Positions 16,688 to 26,300 of a stretch of DNA of 39,546 nt are shown one piece after another (position 1 is the stretch's first letter; the number at the start of each line of letters is the position of its first letter). The stretch lies in the IMG/VR virus record IMGVR_UViG_3300010381_000015, positions 1-39,546 of that record; one strand, given 5' to 3'. The notes beneath the pieces are model-generated. The model saw only the letters and a program-made list of their open reading frames with translations, was not told the origin of the DNA and made no database searches. Both the position numbers and the translations under genes were made by a program. This stretch comes from a virus. Its lineage: Duplodnaviria > Caudoviricetes.

Positions 16688-17638
16688 ATGCCGCAGACCA
16701 AAGCCTTCATCCGCCCCGAACTCGGGGCCCTGGCCTTCGAATACAGCCTGACGGCCGCGCAGCTCGGCTTCATCGCCGACCTGGTGCTGCCGCCGTTCTT
16801 CACGCCGCTCCAGACGGCCCAATATCCGGTGATCCCGGCCGAAGCCCTGCTCGAGGTGGCGGATACCGCCAGGGCCCCCCGTTCGGCCTATGCTCGGGGC
16901 GACTGGGAATGGGATTTCCTGGACTACGTCTGTTCGGAGAACGGCTGGGAAGAGCCGGTGGACGACGTCGAGGCCAAGCTCTACCGGAACTATTTCGACG
17001 CCGAGACCATGGCCACCTACCGGGCCTTATCCATCATCCTGCGATCCCGGGAAAAACGCGCCGCCGCCAAGGTGTTCAACGCCGCCACCTTCCCCGGTGA
17101 CGCCGTGGCCCATGCCTGGAACAGCTACGCCGATGCCGATCCCCGGGCTGACGTGGTCAAGGGGATCGACGCCATCCGGCTGACCACGGGTCTCAAGCCC
17201 AACGCCCTCATCCTGGACGAGTCCATCCTGCGCCAGGTGTCCATGTGCGACTCGGTCATCGAGCGTGTGAAATACGCCAATCCCGACGCCATTCGTGGCG
17301 ATCTGACCATGCCCCAGCTCGAGGCCTATTTCGGCGTGCGCATCATCGCCGCCGGAGCGGTCAGCAACACCGCGCCCAAGGCCAAGGCCAAGAAGATCGA
17401 CCCCATGTGGTCCCCGACCATGGCCATGCTCGGCGTGGTGTCCTCCGGCGGCCAGGATCTGCGCGAGCCCAGCCTGGGCCGCACCTTCATCTGGGAGGAA
17501 GACAGCCCGGAGACGGTGGTTGTCGAGACCTACCGCGAGGAGCAGACCCGCAGCGACATCGTCCGCGCCCGGCAGAACACCGACGAGTGCATCCAGTTCA
17601 CCGGCGCGGGCTATCTGCTGACCGGGGTCACGGCTTAA
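16688..17638 (+). CDS. Major capsid protein
   Basis: 316 aa, AAGGAG RBS, position; 'GFIADLVLP', 'TGLKPNALIL'. Confidence 0.85.
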   Translation: MPQTKAFIRPELGALAFEYSLTAAQLGFIADLVLPPFFTPLQTAQYPVIPAEALLEVADTARAPRSAYARGDWEWDFLDYVCSENGWEEPVDDVEAKLYRNYFDAETMATYRALSIILRSREKRAAAKVFNAATFPGDAVAHAWNSYADADPRADVVKGIDAIRLTTGLKPNALILDESILRQVSMCDSVIERVKYANPDAIRGDLTMPQLEAYFGVRIIAAGAVSNTAPKAKAKKIDPMWSPTMAMLGVVSSGGQDLREPSLGRTFIWEEDSPETVVVETYREEQTRSDIVRARQNTDECIQFTGAGYLLTGVTA

Positions 17639-17668
17639 TCGCGTTTGCATAAAGAAAAGGGGAGCTTG

Positions 17669-18142
17669 ATGCAGCCTATCCTGGATTCTCTTGTCGGTCT
17701 GTTGCGCGACCTTTTGGGCGATGCGGCCCTGAAGAGTTTTGCCGCCCTGACCGGCGGGGTTTTCCTGGGGGTTTTCGATTGGGGCGGCATGGCCATCAAG
17801 GCCCTGTTTTTCCTGGTCTGCATGGACTTTGCCCTTGGGCTGACCAGGGCGTGGCTGGCCGGGAAAGTCAGCCTGGCCAAGCTCCGGCGAGGCTTCGGGA
17901 AGTTCCTTCTCTACATGCTGGCCATCCTGGCTGCGCACTACGTGGACCAGTGCGCCGCGCCGCTGATCCACGTGAACTTCAGGGCCTTTGTCATCCTCTA
18001 CCTCGCGCTGTGCGACGCGTTGAGCATCTTCCGGCATCTGCACTGCTTCGGGATGCCGGTTTCCAAGCACCTCATCAACCGCCTTGAAACGCTTCGGGAC
18101 TGCGATGTCCCGGTTCCGGGCAAGGGGAAAAGCACAAGATGA
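17669..18142 (+). CDS. Holin (Phage_holin_4-like)
   Basis: Several TM segments; 'DFALGLTRAW...LRRGFGK...SIFRHL..FGMPV'. Confidence 0.75.
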   Translation: MQPILDSLVGLLRDLLGDAALKSFAALTGGVFLGVFDWGGMAIKALFFLVCMDFALGLTRAWLAGKVSLAKLRRGFGKFLLYMLAILAAHYVDQCAAPLIHVNFRAFVILYLALCDALSIFRHLHCFGMPVSKHLINRLETLRDCDVPVPGKGKSTR

Positions 18143-18651
18143 GCACTGATCCCAAAGAAACCGCCGCCGCCACGCCGGCGCAGCAGCCGAATGACGTGGC
18201 CAGCATCAAGGCGATGCTGATCGATCTCATCGAGGAAAAGTCCAAGGCCGGCGCGACTGCGGGCGCCGCGGATCTGGCCGCGACTGTCACGGCCAAGGCC
18301 CCCCTGCTCTCCCGCCTGACGCCGCGTATGCTGGCCTGTCTGGTGCTGGCCTGCCTGCTGGTCGCGGGCGTGGCCGTGCTCTCCCCGGCCCAGCTGCCCG
18401 TGGCCGCCTACAAGCTGGCCCTGGTCGCCATCGCCGGATACCTCGGCTACTGGATCGATCGCTGGTGCTTCCCCTATGCGCGGCCGGATTCCTTCCTCGC
18501 CGCAGCCGACTGGCGCGCGGACAACAAGCCCGCCGCCGACCGGGCCAACAGCCCCGTGGTCGCCGGCTGCGAACAGATCTACGCCGCGGCCATGCTGCGC
18601 CGAGCCCTGGTGATGTTGGGCTGCATGCTGGCCATGGGGCTGGGGCTGTAA
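18139..18651 (+). CDS. Second putative holin (2/3-TM family)
   Basis: 'QLPVAAYKLALVAIAGYLGYWIDRWCFPYARP', 'AAMLRRAL'. Confidence 0.75.
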   Translation: MSTDPKETAAATPAQQPNDVASIKAMLIDLIEEKSKAGATAGAADLAATVTAKAPLLSRLTPRMLACLVLACLLVAGVAVLSPAQLPVAAYKLALVAIAGYLGYWIDRWCFPYARPDSFLAAADWRADNKPAADRANSPVVAGCEQIYAAAMLRRALVMLGCMLAMGLGL

Positions 18652-19385
18652 TGGACGCCTCGCGGGGCATCGGCGCATTCTTCCTGGCCGTCTGCTTGGC
18701 CGTCTGTGCCGCCTGGCTGGTGGCCGGCTGCGACAAGGCCGAAGCGCCCACGGTCGCCCCGGCGGCCTCGCACCCGGCTCCGGCCGCGCCCACCGCCCCG
18801 CCGGCCGTCACCACGACGCCGGCCAGCCTGCGCGGCATCCCGCAAAACGCCCTGCGCTACCGCTCCGAACTGATCCGCAACGCCCGGTCCGCCTGGGGCC
18901 TGGATGCGCCCGTGGCCACGTTCGCTGGCCAAGTGCACCAGGAATCCGGCTGGCGACCGCAGGTCAAAAGCCCGGTGGGCGCGCAAGGCATGGCTCAGTT
19001 CATGCCGGCCACGGCGTCCTGGATCGCCAAGCTCTATCCCGAGCTGGCCGCCAACGAGCCCTTCAATCCGTCCTGGGCCCTGCGGGCACTGGTGACCTAC
19101 GACCGCTACCTCTGGGACCGCGTCCATGCGGCCACGCCCTGCGACCGCATGGCCATGACCCTGTCGGCCTACAACGGCGGCCTCGGCTGGGTGCGGCGCG
19201 ACGCGCGTCTGGCGGCGGGACAGGGACTCGCCCAGGACCGCTGGTGGGACAACATCGAGACCGTCAACGCCGGCCGCCGCGCGGGCAACTGGCGCGAGAA
19301 CCGGGGCTATCCGCGCCGCATCCTGCGCCTGCTTTCACCGCGCTACGTCGCGGCCGGCTTCGGGGGAGGTCTTTGCCATGATTAA
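18651..19385 (+). CDS. Lytic transglycosylase (SLT) endolysin with N-terminal lipobox
   Basis: 'HQESGW', 'AQGMAQFMP', 'SAYNGG'; hydrophobic N-terminus ending LVAG-C. Confidence 0.88.
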   Translation: MDASRGIGAFFLAVCLAVCAAWLVAGCDKAEAPTVAPAASHPAPAAPTAPPAVTTTPASLRGIPQNALRYRSELIRNARSAWGLDAPVATFAGQVHQESGWRPQVKSPVGAQGMAQFMPATASWIAKLYPELAANEPFNPSWALRALVTYDRYLWDRVHAATPCDRMAMTLSAYNGGLGWVRRDARLAAGQGLAQDRWWDNIETVNAGRRAGNWRENRGYPRRILRLLSPRYVAAGFGGGLCHD

Positions 19386-19749
19386 CGGCGTGTTGCTCAA
19401 GGCCGGCGGCCTGATCGTGGCCGTGCTCCTGGTCGCCCTGGCCTGGCAGTCGGTGGGGGTGGCCCGGCTGGAAACCAGGGCCGCCGGCATGGCCAAGGAG
19501 CTGGGCGAGGCCAATGCCAGCATCGCCCAGCTCCAGGCGTCGGAGCAGACGCTCAAGGATGCCCGTGACGGCCTGACCCGGCAGGTCGAGGACTGCCAGC
19601 AGGCCAATGCCCGCGACCTGGACCGGACCGCCGACCGGACGGTCATCATCCGCAACGCCAAGCCCGTCCCGGCGCAAAAGGGAAAGGTGGTGGACGATGC
19701 GACGAGCCGCAAAGCTGCTGTGCATCTTAATAGCTGTCCTGCTGAATAG
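19378..19749 (+). CDS. i-spanin (Rz-like)
   Basis: N-terminal TM plus coiled coil, directly after the endolysin. Confidence 0.7.
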   Translation: MINGVLLKAGGLIVAVLLVALAWQSVGVARLETRAAGMAKELGEANASIAQLQASEQTLKDARDGLTRQVEDCQQANARDLDRTADRTVIIRNAKPVPAQKGKVVDDATSRKAAVHLNSCPAE

Positions 19750-19975
19750 CGGCTGCGCCGCCAGGCCTGCCCCGGTGGTGGTGCAGCACCAGTTCACCCG
19801 CTGCCCCCGCCCGGCCATGCCCGAGCTGCCGGAGCTGGATCCCGGCCAGCATGTCTGCTCGCCGGAAAACCTGGAGAGGCTGCTCACCCGCAGCGACCGG
19901 CTGTGCTGGATGATCGAACAGCAGGACGCGGCCCTTGATTGCTACGAGCGGCAGGCCGCCGGGGGGAAACAGTGA
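19697..19975 (+). CDS. o-spanin (Rz1-like lipoprotein)
   Basis: Overlaps the i-spanin 3' end; lipobox 'LNSG-C'; Pro-rich 'CPRPAMPELP'. Confidence 0.75.
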   Translation: MRRAAKLLCILIAVLLNSGCAARPAPVVVQHQFTRCPRPAMPELPELDPGQHVCSPENLERLLTRSDRLCWMIEQQDAALDCYERQAAGGKQ

Positions 19976-20121
19976 TGCGCAATTTCCTCCAGCATCACTT
20001 TAACGATGGGCATCTTTACTGTCGCCTGTGCGACCTGGGTGTTTCCGCGACCCGGGCCAAACGCTGGAGCCGCGCCATTGCCCGCTGGGTGCGGCCGTTG
20101 CTGTACCGCAAAAGGAGCTGA
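19975..20121 (+). CDS. Small basic hypothetical protein
   Basis: TGATG coupling to the o-spanin; fills the gap to the next RBS. Confidence 0.55.
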   Translation: MRNFLQHHFNDGHLYCRLCDLGVSATRAKRWSRAIARWVRPLLYRKRS

Positions 20122-20122
20122 C

Positions 20123-20347
20123 ATGCCGGACTACGCCGACCATGCCCAGGCCGCCGAGACCGTGCACCGCCTGGCCGCCCTTTCCCTGGCCGGAGCCAAC
20201 GCGGCCGCCGGCGAACAGCTCCGGGAAAACGGGGTGATCATCTGCCGTGACTGCGGCGAGCCCATTCCCGGCGCGCGGCTGCGCATCCTGCCCACGGCCT
20301 GCCGGTGCGTGACCTGCCAGGAAGCCGCGGAGGCGAACCAGTGCTGA
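20123..20347 (+). CDS. TraR/DksA C4 zinc-finger protein
   Basis: 'MPDYADHA', 'CRDCGEPIPGARL...CRCVTCQ'; AAGGAG RBS. Confidence 0.9.
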   Translation: MPDYADHAQAAETVHRLAALSLAGANAAAGEQLRENGVIICRDCGEPIPGARLRILPTACRCVTCQEAAEANQC

Positions 20348-20961
20348 CCGACGCCCCCGCCGCCTTCATGACCGCCTTTGCCGTTGCCGCGACCTATGCG
20401 GCCAGCAACGCCGGCGCATCCATCCAGGCCATCGTCGAGGACTGCGCGCCCTGGGACGGCATCAACGCCTCCCTGCGCACATCCTACAACGACGGCCAGG
20501 TGCGCCTCGGCATGGCCTGGGTGCGTCCGACCGACCTGCTCGTCGTGCCAGCCTTCGGCCACACCCTCGAGCAGGACGGCCGGACCTGGACCGTGTCGGA
20601 CAGCTGGCCCGAGGGCGACATGCTGGTGCTCGGGCTGTTTAGCGGCGTGTTCGTGGTGGACGTGGAGGTCAAAAAGGACCTCGAGGTGTCCGACGGGGCC
20701 ATGGGATTCAAGACCGTCCCCACCACGATCTGGACGGGCAAGGCGGCGGTGCACGGCCTGTCCGGCCACGAGCGGCTGCTGTCCGGCCGGGAGGTCGGCG
20801 TGGGCTATCGCAACGGCTTCATGCCGGCCTGTCCGGATCTGGCCCCGGGCTGCCTGATCGTCACGCCCCACGCCAATCTCCACGTGACCAGCGCCTACAC
20901 TGACCACGCGCGCGGCTGGACCGTGTTCGAGGCCGAGGCGCGCCAGGAGGATCAGAACTGA
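20341..20961 (+). CDS. Head-tail joining/closure protein, apparently two domains
   Basis: FII-like 'GHTLEQDGRTWTV' followed by gp16-like 'SDGAMGF'; position before the HK97 gp10 gene. Confidence 0.55.
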   Translation: MLTDAPAAFMTAFAVAATYAASNAGASIQAIVEDCAPWDGINASLRTSYNDGQVRLGMAWVRPTDLLVVPAFGHTLEQDGRTWTVSDSWPEGDMLVLGLFSGVFVVDVEVKKDLEVSDGAMGFKTVPTTIWTGKAAVHGLSGHERLLSGREVGVGYRNGFMPACPDLAPGCLIVTPHANLHVTSAYTDHARGWTVFEAEARQEDQN

Positions 20962-21278
20962 TGGGCATATTTGGCGGTTGCTTCGATCGGATCATGGACG
21001 GCGTGCAGGAGGCCATGGACGGAGAACTTCACGACACGGTGCTCCCCGAGGCCCAGCGGCTGGTGCCGGTCAAGACCGGCAAGCTCAAGGCCTCCCTGGA
21101 CGTGGGCACCGAGCGCGACGGCGCGGTCATCACCGGCTACGTCGAGGCCGGCGAACCCTACGCCCCCTACCCCGAGTTCGGCACGGCGACCCAGAAGGCC
21201 AAGCCGTACCTGCGTCCGGCGGCGGAAACATTCGACCTGCAGCGTGTGGCCAAACGCATGAAAGGCGGTGACTCGTGA
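20961..21278 (+). CDS. HK97 gp10-family neck/tail completion protein
   Basis: 'VPVKTGKLKASL', 'YAPYPEFGT', 'KAKPYLRPA'. Confidence 0.9.
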   Translation: MGIFGGCFDRIMDGVQEAMDGELHDTVLPEAQRLVPVKTGKLKASLDVGTERDGAVITGYVEAGEPYAPYPEFGTATQKAKPYLRPAAETFDLQRVAKRMKGGDS

Positions 21279-21703
21279 GCCGCCTGACCACGCGCGGATC
21301 CGTGCGGCCCAAGCTGCGTCGGGCCCTGGACGCCTGGTTTGCGGCCCATGCCGACCATGCGTTCTACGCGGGCGTGTCCGGACGGCTGGCCTATGCGCGG
21401 GCCTCGAAATCCTGGCCGCGCCCCTATGCCGTGCTGACCATCCTGCCGGCCATTCCCCGGGACACCCTCACCGAACGCATCGACGAGGTGCCGCTGCAGA
21501 TCATGGTTTTCGCGGACAGCTCCCTGGAGGCCGATGAGCTGGCGTCCCTGGCCTCGGATCTGTTCGAGGGCCGGGTCATCTCCGGCGATGGGCTCAAGGA
21601 TTTCGAGTTTTCGCGGGGTGAGGACGTGCCCACCCTGCCGGACGAGGACGGGGTTTGGGGCGCTGGCATCCAGCTGACCGGCCTCGTTGAAACCTCCCAA
21701 TAA
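21275..21703 (+). CDS. Tail terminator-like protein
   Basis: Position and size; 'PRPYAVL', 'LQIMVF'. Confidence 0.65.
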   Translation: MSRLTTRGSVRPKLRRALDAWFAAHADHAFYAGVSGRLAYARASKSWPRPYAVLTILPAIPRDTLTERIDEVPLQIMVFADSSLEADELASLASDLFEGRVISGDGLKDFEFSRGEDVPTLPDEDGVWGAGIQLTGLVETSQ

Positions 21704-21712
21704 GGAGACATC

Positions 21713-22405
21713 ATGGACAGGGCGAACTTTCAGCTTGCCGTGGATGCGGCGCTGGTCCTCAATTACGGTCTGGTCAACCAGGCCATCGTCAAGGGGCTCA
21801 ACAAGATCGGCCTGCCGGAGCTGACCCGTGACACGGTCACGGCCCAGGAATTCCGTCGGGATTTCGACATCGAGTTCACCACCACGGGCAAGTTCGGCCG
21901 CATCACCTACAGCGGCAACATGCTCATTGGCGATACCCTCGGCCAGGATACGCTCAAGCAGTATTTGAAGGACAACGCCAAGATCAACAGCGCCCGTCTG
22001 TACATCGACTATGACAACTTCCTGGCTCCGGACCTGGCCAACGACAAGGAATCGGTCTGGCAGGTGTCCAAGCATTCCCCGGGCGAGACCGACAAGAACG
22101 GCATCTTTTCGTTGTCCGGGGAAATGACCTGCGGCGGCATGTTCGCCATGTTCGTCAAACACCAGACCGCCTCTACCATCGCCTTCGTGGCCGCCGGCAA
22201 CACCATCACCGACACCGGCAACGGCTTCGTGACCGCCGGGTTCGCGGCGGGCCAGACGCTCATCGTGGAAGGCTCCACCAGCAACAACGGGCAATTCCTG
22301 ATCACGGCCGTGGAAGCCGGCACCCTGACCCTGGACAGCGCCGTCAAGGCGGTCGTGGACGAGGAAGCCGGCGACGAGGTCACGCTCCACGGCGGCACGC
22401 TGTAG
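21713..22405 (+). CDS. Major tail (tube) protein with C-terminal accessory beta domain
   Basis: TAAGGAG RBS; position before the chaperones; 'GFAAGQTLIVEGSTSNNG' C-terminal domain. Confidence 0.75.
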   Translation: MDRANFQLAVDAALVLNYGLVNQAIVKGLNKIGLPELTRDTVTAQEFRRDFDIEFTTTGKFGRITYSGNMLIGDTLGQDTLKQYLKDNAKINSARLYIDYDNFLAPDLANDKESVWQVSKHSPGETDKNGIFSLSGEMTCGGMFAMFVKHQTASTIAFVAAGNTITDTGNGFVTAGFAAGQTLIVEGSTSNNGQFLITAVEAGTLTLDSAVKAVVDEEAGDEVTLHGGTL

Positions 22406-22417
22406 GCCGGACAATCT

Positions 22418-22476
22418 TTGGGCGGCAAGGGGCGTGCACGCCCTGGCGGGTTTCCCCGGCCCGCCGCGCCGCCCAA
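22418..22476 (+). other. Structured intergenic RNA element (three-stem junction)
   Basis: Outer stem TTGGGCGGC/GCCGCCCAA enclosing the palindrome GGGCGTGCACGCCC and the hairpin GGCGGG/CCCGCC. Confidence 0.55.
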
Positions 22477-22497
22477 TCACCACGGGGCCAGAAGGGG

Positions 22498-22914
22498 ATG
22501 ATCATGGCGAGACTTTCCGACGAGCTGCAGGACTGGTTCCCGCTGCCGGACGATCCGGACAAGGGCGAGATCCTGGTCAAGCATATCAAGAACGGCGAGC
22601 AGAACGACATCGAGGACCAGATCCAGCTGTACGAAACCATGCTGCGCCCCGACGCCGACGGCAACCTGCAGCGCGAGATCAAGCTCAATCCGGCCCGGGG
22701 CGACAAGCGCTATGTCTATCTGTGCGCCGCCGTGCGGGACTGGAAGAACTTTTTCGACCTCGACGGCAAGCCCATGGCCTGCACGGACGAAAACAAGATC
22801 CGCATGGCCCGGGATGACAAGCAGCTTGGCCAGTTCGTGGGCGAGTGCCGGGTGATCCTGGCCAAGCGGTTCGAGGAGCAGCGGGAGGCGGCAAGAAAAA
22901 ACGCCACGACCTAG
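22498..22914 (+). CDS. Tail assembly chaperone (gpG-like)
   Basis: Between tail tube and tape measure; slippery heptamer near the 3' end. Confidence 0.8.
   Translation: MIMARLSDELQDWFPLPDDPDKGEILVKHIKNGEQNDIEDQIQLYETMLRPDADGNLQREIKLNPARGDKRYVYLCAAVRDWKNFFDLDGKPMACTDENKIRMARDDKQLGQFVGECRVILAKRFEEQREAARKNATT
22896..22902 (+). other. Programmed -1 ribosomal frameshift site A AAA AAC
   Basis: In-frame AGA AAA AAC; the -1 frame stays open to 23300. Confidence 0.85.
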
Positions 22915-23300
22915 GCTTGTGGCTGTCCGGGGTTGACCGCAAGCCCTGCGAGGAGTGCCGGCGCACCTTCATGGTCACGCACTGGGACACTCCGGAGGAG
23001 CGGGAAAAGAAAAAGCACGGGCCGCCCTGCGACACCTGCCGGCCGAAGGAGCATCCGTTCAATGCCGACTGCTTCAGGATTTACCGGCGCTGCACCAACC
23101 AGCTCATCGTGGCGGGCATGGGCAACGCCATCGACATCAACCTGCTGGCCGTGGAGATGGTGATGCGGCTCGAGCGGATCCCGGAGCGGGACCAGCTGGA
23201 ACTGATGGACCAGGTGCAGGAGTTGGCCCGGGTGGTGCTCGGCGAACGGGCTCGGGAAGCCGAGCGGAAACGCGAGAAAAACGGCAAGGGAAGGCGGTAA
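22896..23300 (+). CDS. gpT portion of the frameshifted gpGT chaperone
   Basis: -1 frame relative to gpG, ends just before the tape measure; CEEC/CDTC. Confidence 0.75.
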   Translation, partial: KKRHDLGLWLSGVDRKPCEECRRTFMVTHWDTPEEREKKKHGPPCDTCRPKEHPFNADCFRIYRRCTNQLIVAGMGNAIDINLLAVEMVMRLERIPERDQLELMDQVQELARVVLGERAREAERKREKNGKGRR

Positions 23301-23305
23301 CACAA

Positions 23306-26300
23306 GTGAGGATTCGAGCCGGCACCCTCGCGGTGGACATCACCGCCGACGGCAGAAGCCTTGAGAGCACGCTCAAGCGGTCGGACAGCCTGACCGAAGC
23401 CTTTGCCACCAATATCGATCGTCGGATGAAGCGTGCCAGCGGCAGCCTCAAAAGCCTGGGGCAAGCCGCTGGCATGACCGACAAGGAGATCGCCAGCCTC
23501 GAGGACCGGATGCGGAGGGGCATGGCGGCCGATGCCGCGTCCCGGTCCCTGGAGCAGCTGCGCCGCACCGCCGGCCTGACCACCCAGGAATACCGGAGGC
23601 TGGCCGACCAGATGGGCGTCTCCACGAGGGAGACGGATCGGGCCACCAGTTCGTTCGGATCGTTGGCCAAAAAGGTCGCCGTCGTCACGGCAGCCTACGT
23701 TTCCTTCCGGGCGGTGTCCGGAGCCGTATCCAGCAGTTTCGCCGACTTCCGGGAGTATGAATCCGCTTTGACGGACATGGCCAAGGTCACGGACCAAAGC
23801 CTTGCCGACATCGATGCGGCCATCAAGGCCATGCCGCGCGATCTGGGCGACCCCACGTCCCTGGTCAAAGGGTACTATCAGACCATATCCGCCGGCGTGA
23901 CCGACGCCACGGCGGCCATGGACATGCTGACCACGGCCGCCAAGGCGTCCAGGTCCGCTCATGTGGCCCAGGATGACACCATCAAAGCCCTGACCAAGAC
24001 CATGGCCGGCTTTGACGGCGAGATCCGCACAGCGGCCGAGGCTTCAGACCTCCTCTTTTCCATCGAAAAACTCGGCCAGACATCCTTTTCAGAGTTGGTG
24101 CCGGTCATCGGCGACGTGGCCGAGAGCACCCACCTGGTTGGCGTCTCGTCCCAGGAGATGGCGGCCGGTCTGTCGCTCATCACCCAGACCTCGGGTTCCA
24201 CGGCCGAGGCGGCCACCAAGTGGCGCGCCATCATGATCGGGCTCTACAAGCCGACCGAGTCCATGGGTAAGGTTCTCAAGGCGCTCGGATACGAGTCCGG
24301 CGTGGCCATGGTCAAGGAAAAGGGGTTTGCCGGGGCGTTGCAAACGCTCCAAGCCACGGCCGACAAGTCTCACTTCTCCCTAGGCAAGCTGTTTGAATCC
24401 TCCGAGGCGCTCACCGGCATCGCCGGTTTGGGCGCCCAGGATTGGCAGCGCTACAGCGATATTTTGCGGCAGGTCGAGGGCAGCGCCGGCGCGACGGAAG
24501 CCGCTTTCGGCCGATTCAAGCAGACCTCCCAATCCGCTGTGGATACGTTCGAGGCCACCTGGAAAGAGACGGCCATCGAGTTCGGGGAACAGCTCGCCCC
24601 GGCGATGACCCAGGCGATGAAGGATTTCCAGGATGAGATCACCCGCCCCGAGGGCCGGGCGGCGCTCCAGTCCCTCGCATCCGGAGCGGTCTCTCTGGGC
24701 GAGAACCTCATGCACAACGCTGTGCCGGCGATGACTGCCACGGTGGATGCGCTCAACGAGATCATCGGGGTCTGGAACAAAATTCCCGCTCCGCTCCAGG
24801 GCGCGATCGTGGGCGGCGGCACGGCGGCGTTGCTCTCCAAGGGAAACGCCTGGGCCACGGGTGTCGGTGCGCTGTACGGCATGGCCACCTTCGGCGACGC
24901 GGCCAACGATCGTTCCGTGGCCGAGGGGCTGGCCAGGGCGCAGGCCTCAAGCAAGCTGTATGCTTCACACGGATCGAGTGGATCAAGCACCACGAGCGCC
25001 CTCGACGCCAGCATCCCCGCCGATTTTGTGCCCAAGGCGAAAAAGGCCGCGGCGGCCGTGGACGGCATCAAGGTGTCCCTGGACGGGGCCAAGAAGTCCT
25101 CGGACAGCGCGGCCAACGCCGCCGCCCGCTACGGCGAACGCTCGGACGCCTATTTCGATCAGGTGCAGGCCACCATCGCCTCCCTGACGGACAGCCTGTC
25201 CGGCGGCATGGAGAGCGAAACGCTCAAGGTCGACAAGACCTTCGAGCGTGTGTTCGCGGATATCCGCAAGTCGCTCATTGGCGCAAAGGGCGATACCGAG
25301 GGATTTTCCAAGGCCTGGGTCGCGGCCGAACAGGCCTGGCCCATCCTGCGCATGGCCGCCCAGCTCAAGGACTTCGAGAAGGAGCTGGACAAGTCCGCTA
25401 AGTATGCCCGGGACATGGGCACCTATCTGTCCGATCCGGACCAGCTCATGGCCGCCGACTGGCTGGAAGGCTACAAGCAGTACCTCGAGGATCTGCGCGA
25501 GGCCCGAGCCGAAACCGACCAGGAGGACGCCGCGGCCGTGGCCAAGGCGCAAACCCGCTGGGATGCCTACCAGGAGCACGTGCTCCAGTCCCAGCGGGAG
25601 CGCCTGGGCGAAGGCGGCAAGCTGTCCGATGCCTACTGGCAGGACGAAGCCGCCGCCCTGCAAAAGCATCTGGACGCGGTCAAGGAGGTGGCCAGCGATG
25701 AGACGGCGGCCAAGATCTACGAGGCCGAGCGGTGGGACGAATTTCTTAAAGAACAACTTGAAGAAGAGGCCAAATACGCCGGCAGCTTCGGCGAGACCAT
25801 GGCCGCGAAATGGTCCCTGGCCTTCGGCGGCTACGAGAGCGAGACCACGCGCGCGAAAAAGCGCTGGGACACCATGGCCGACGGCATCATCCAGGGCACC
25901 AACGACGTGGTGGATGGGATCTCGGGCGGCATGGGCGACATCGTCCGCTCGGCCGGAGAAGGCGCGGACGCCATCGCCAACATCGGCGAGAACCTGAAAT
26001 CGCGGCTCCTGGATATCGTGGCCAGCCTCATCGAGCAGGCCACGAAGATGCTGCTCAACGATTTCATCGGCATGCTTTCGTCCGGGGTGTCCGACGGCAG
26101 CGGCTCCTTCCTCTCGTCCCTGCTCGGCAAATCGTCCTCGTCCTCCGGTGGCAGCGACGTCCTCGGCCAGGGGACTTCCGCGCTCAAGACGCTGGGGGAC
26201 TATCTCGGCCAGTCCGCCGGCAAGGCGGTGGGCGACACCCTGACCACGGCGGCGTCCTCCGGCTCGACGTTGTTTCTGGGCGGCAGCAATGCCATGGCGG

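Noticed and set aside
22955-23305. Upstream extension of the tape measure ORF
   Set aside because: Overlaps the gpT frame and reads as off-frame sequence; GTG 23306 is the more plausible start
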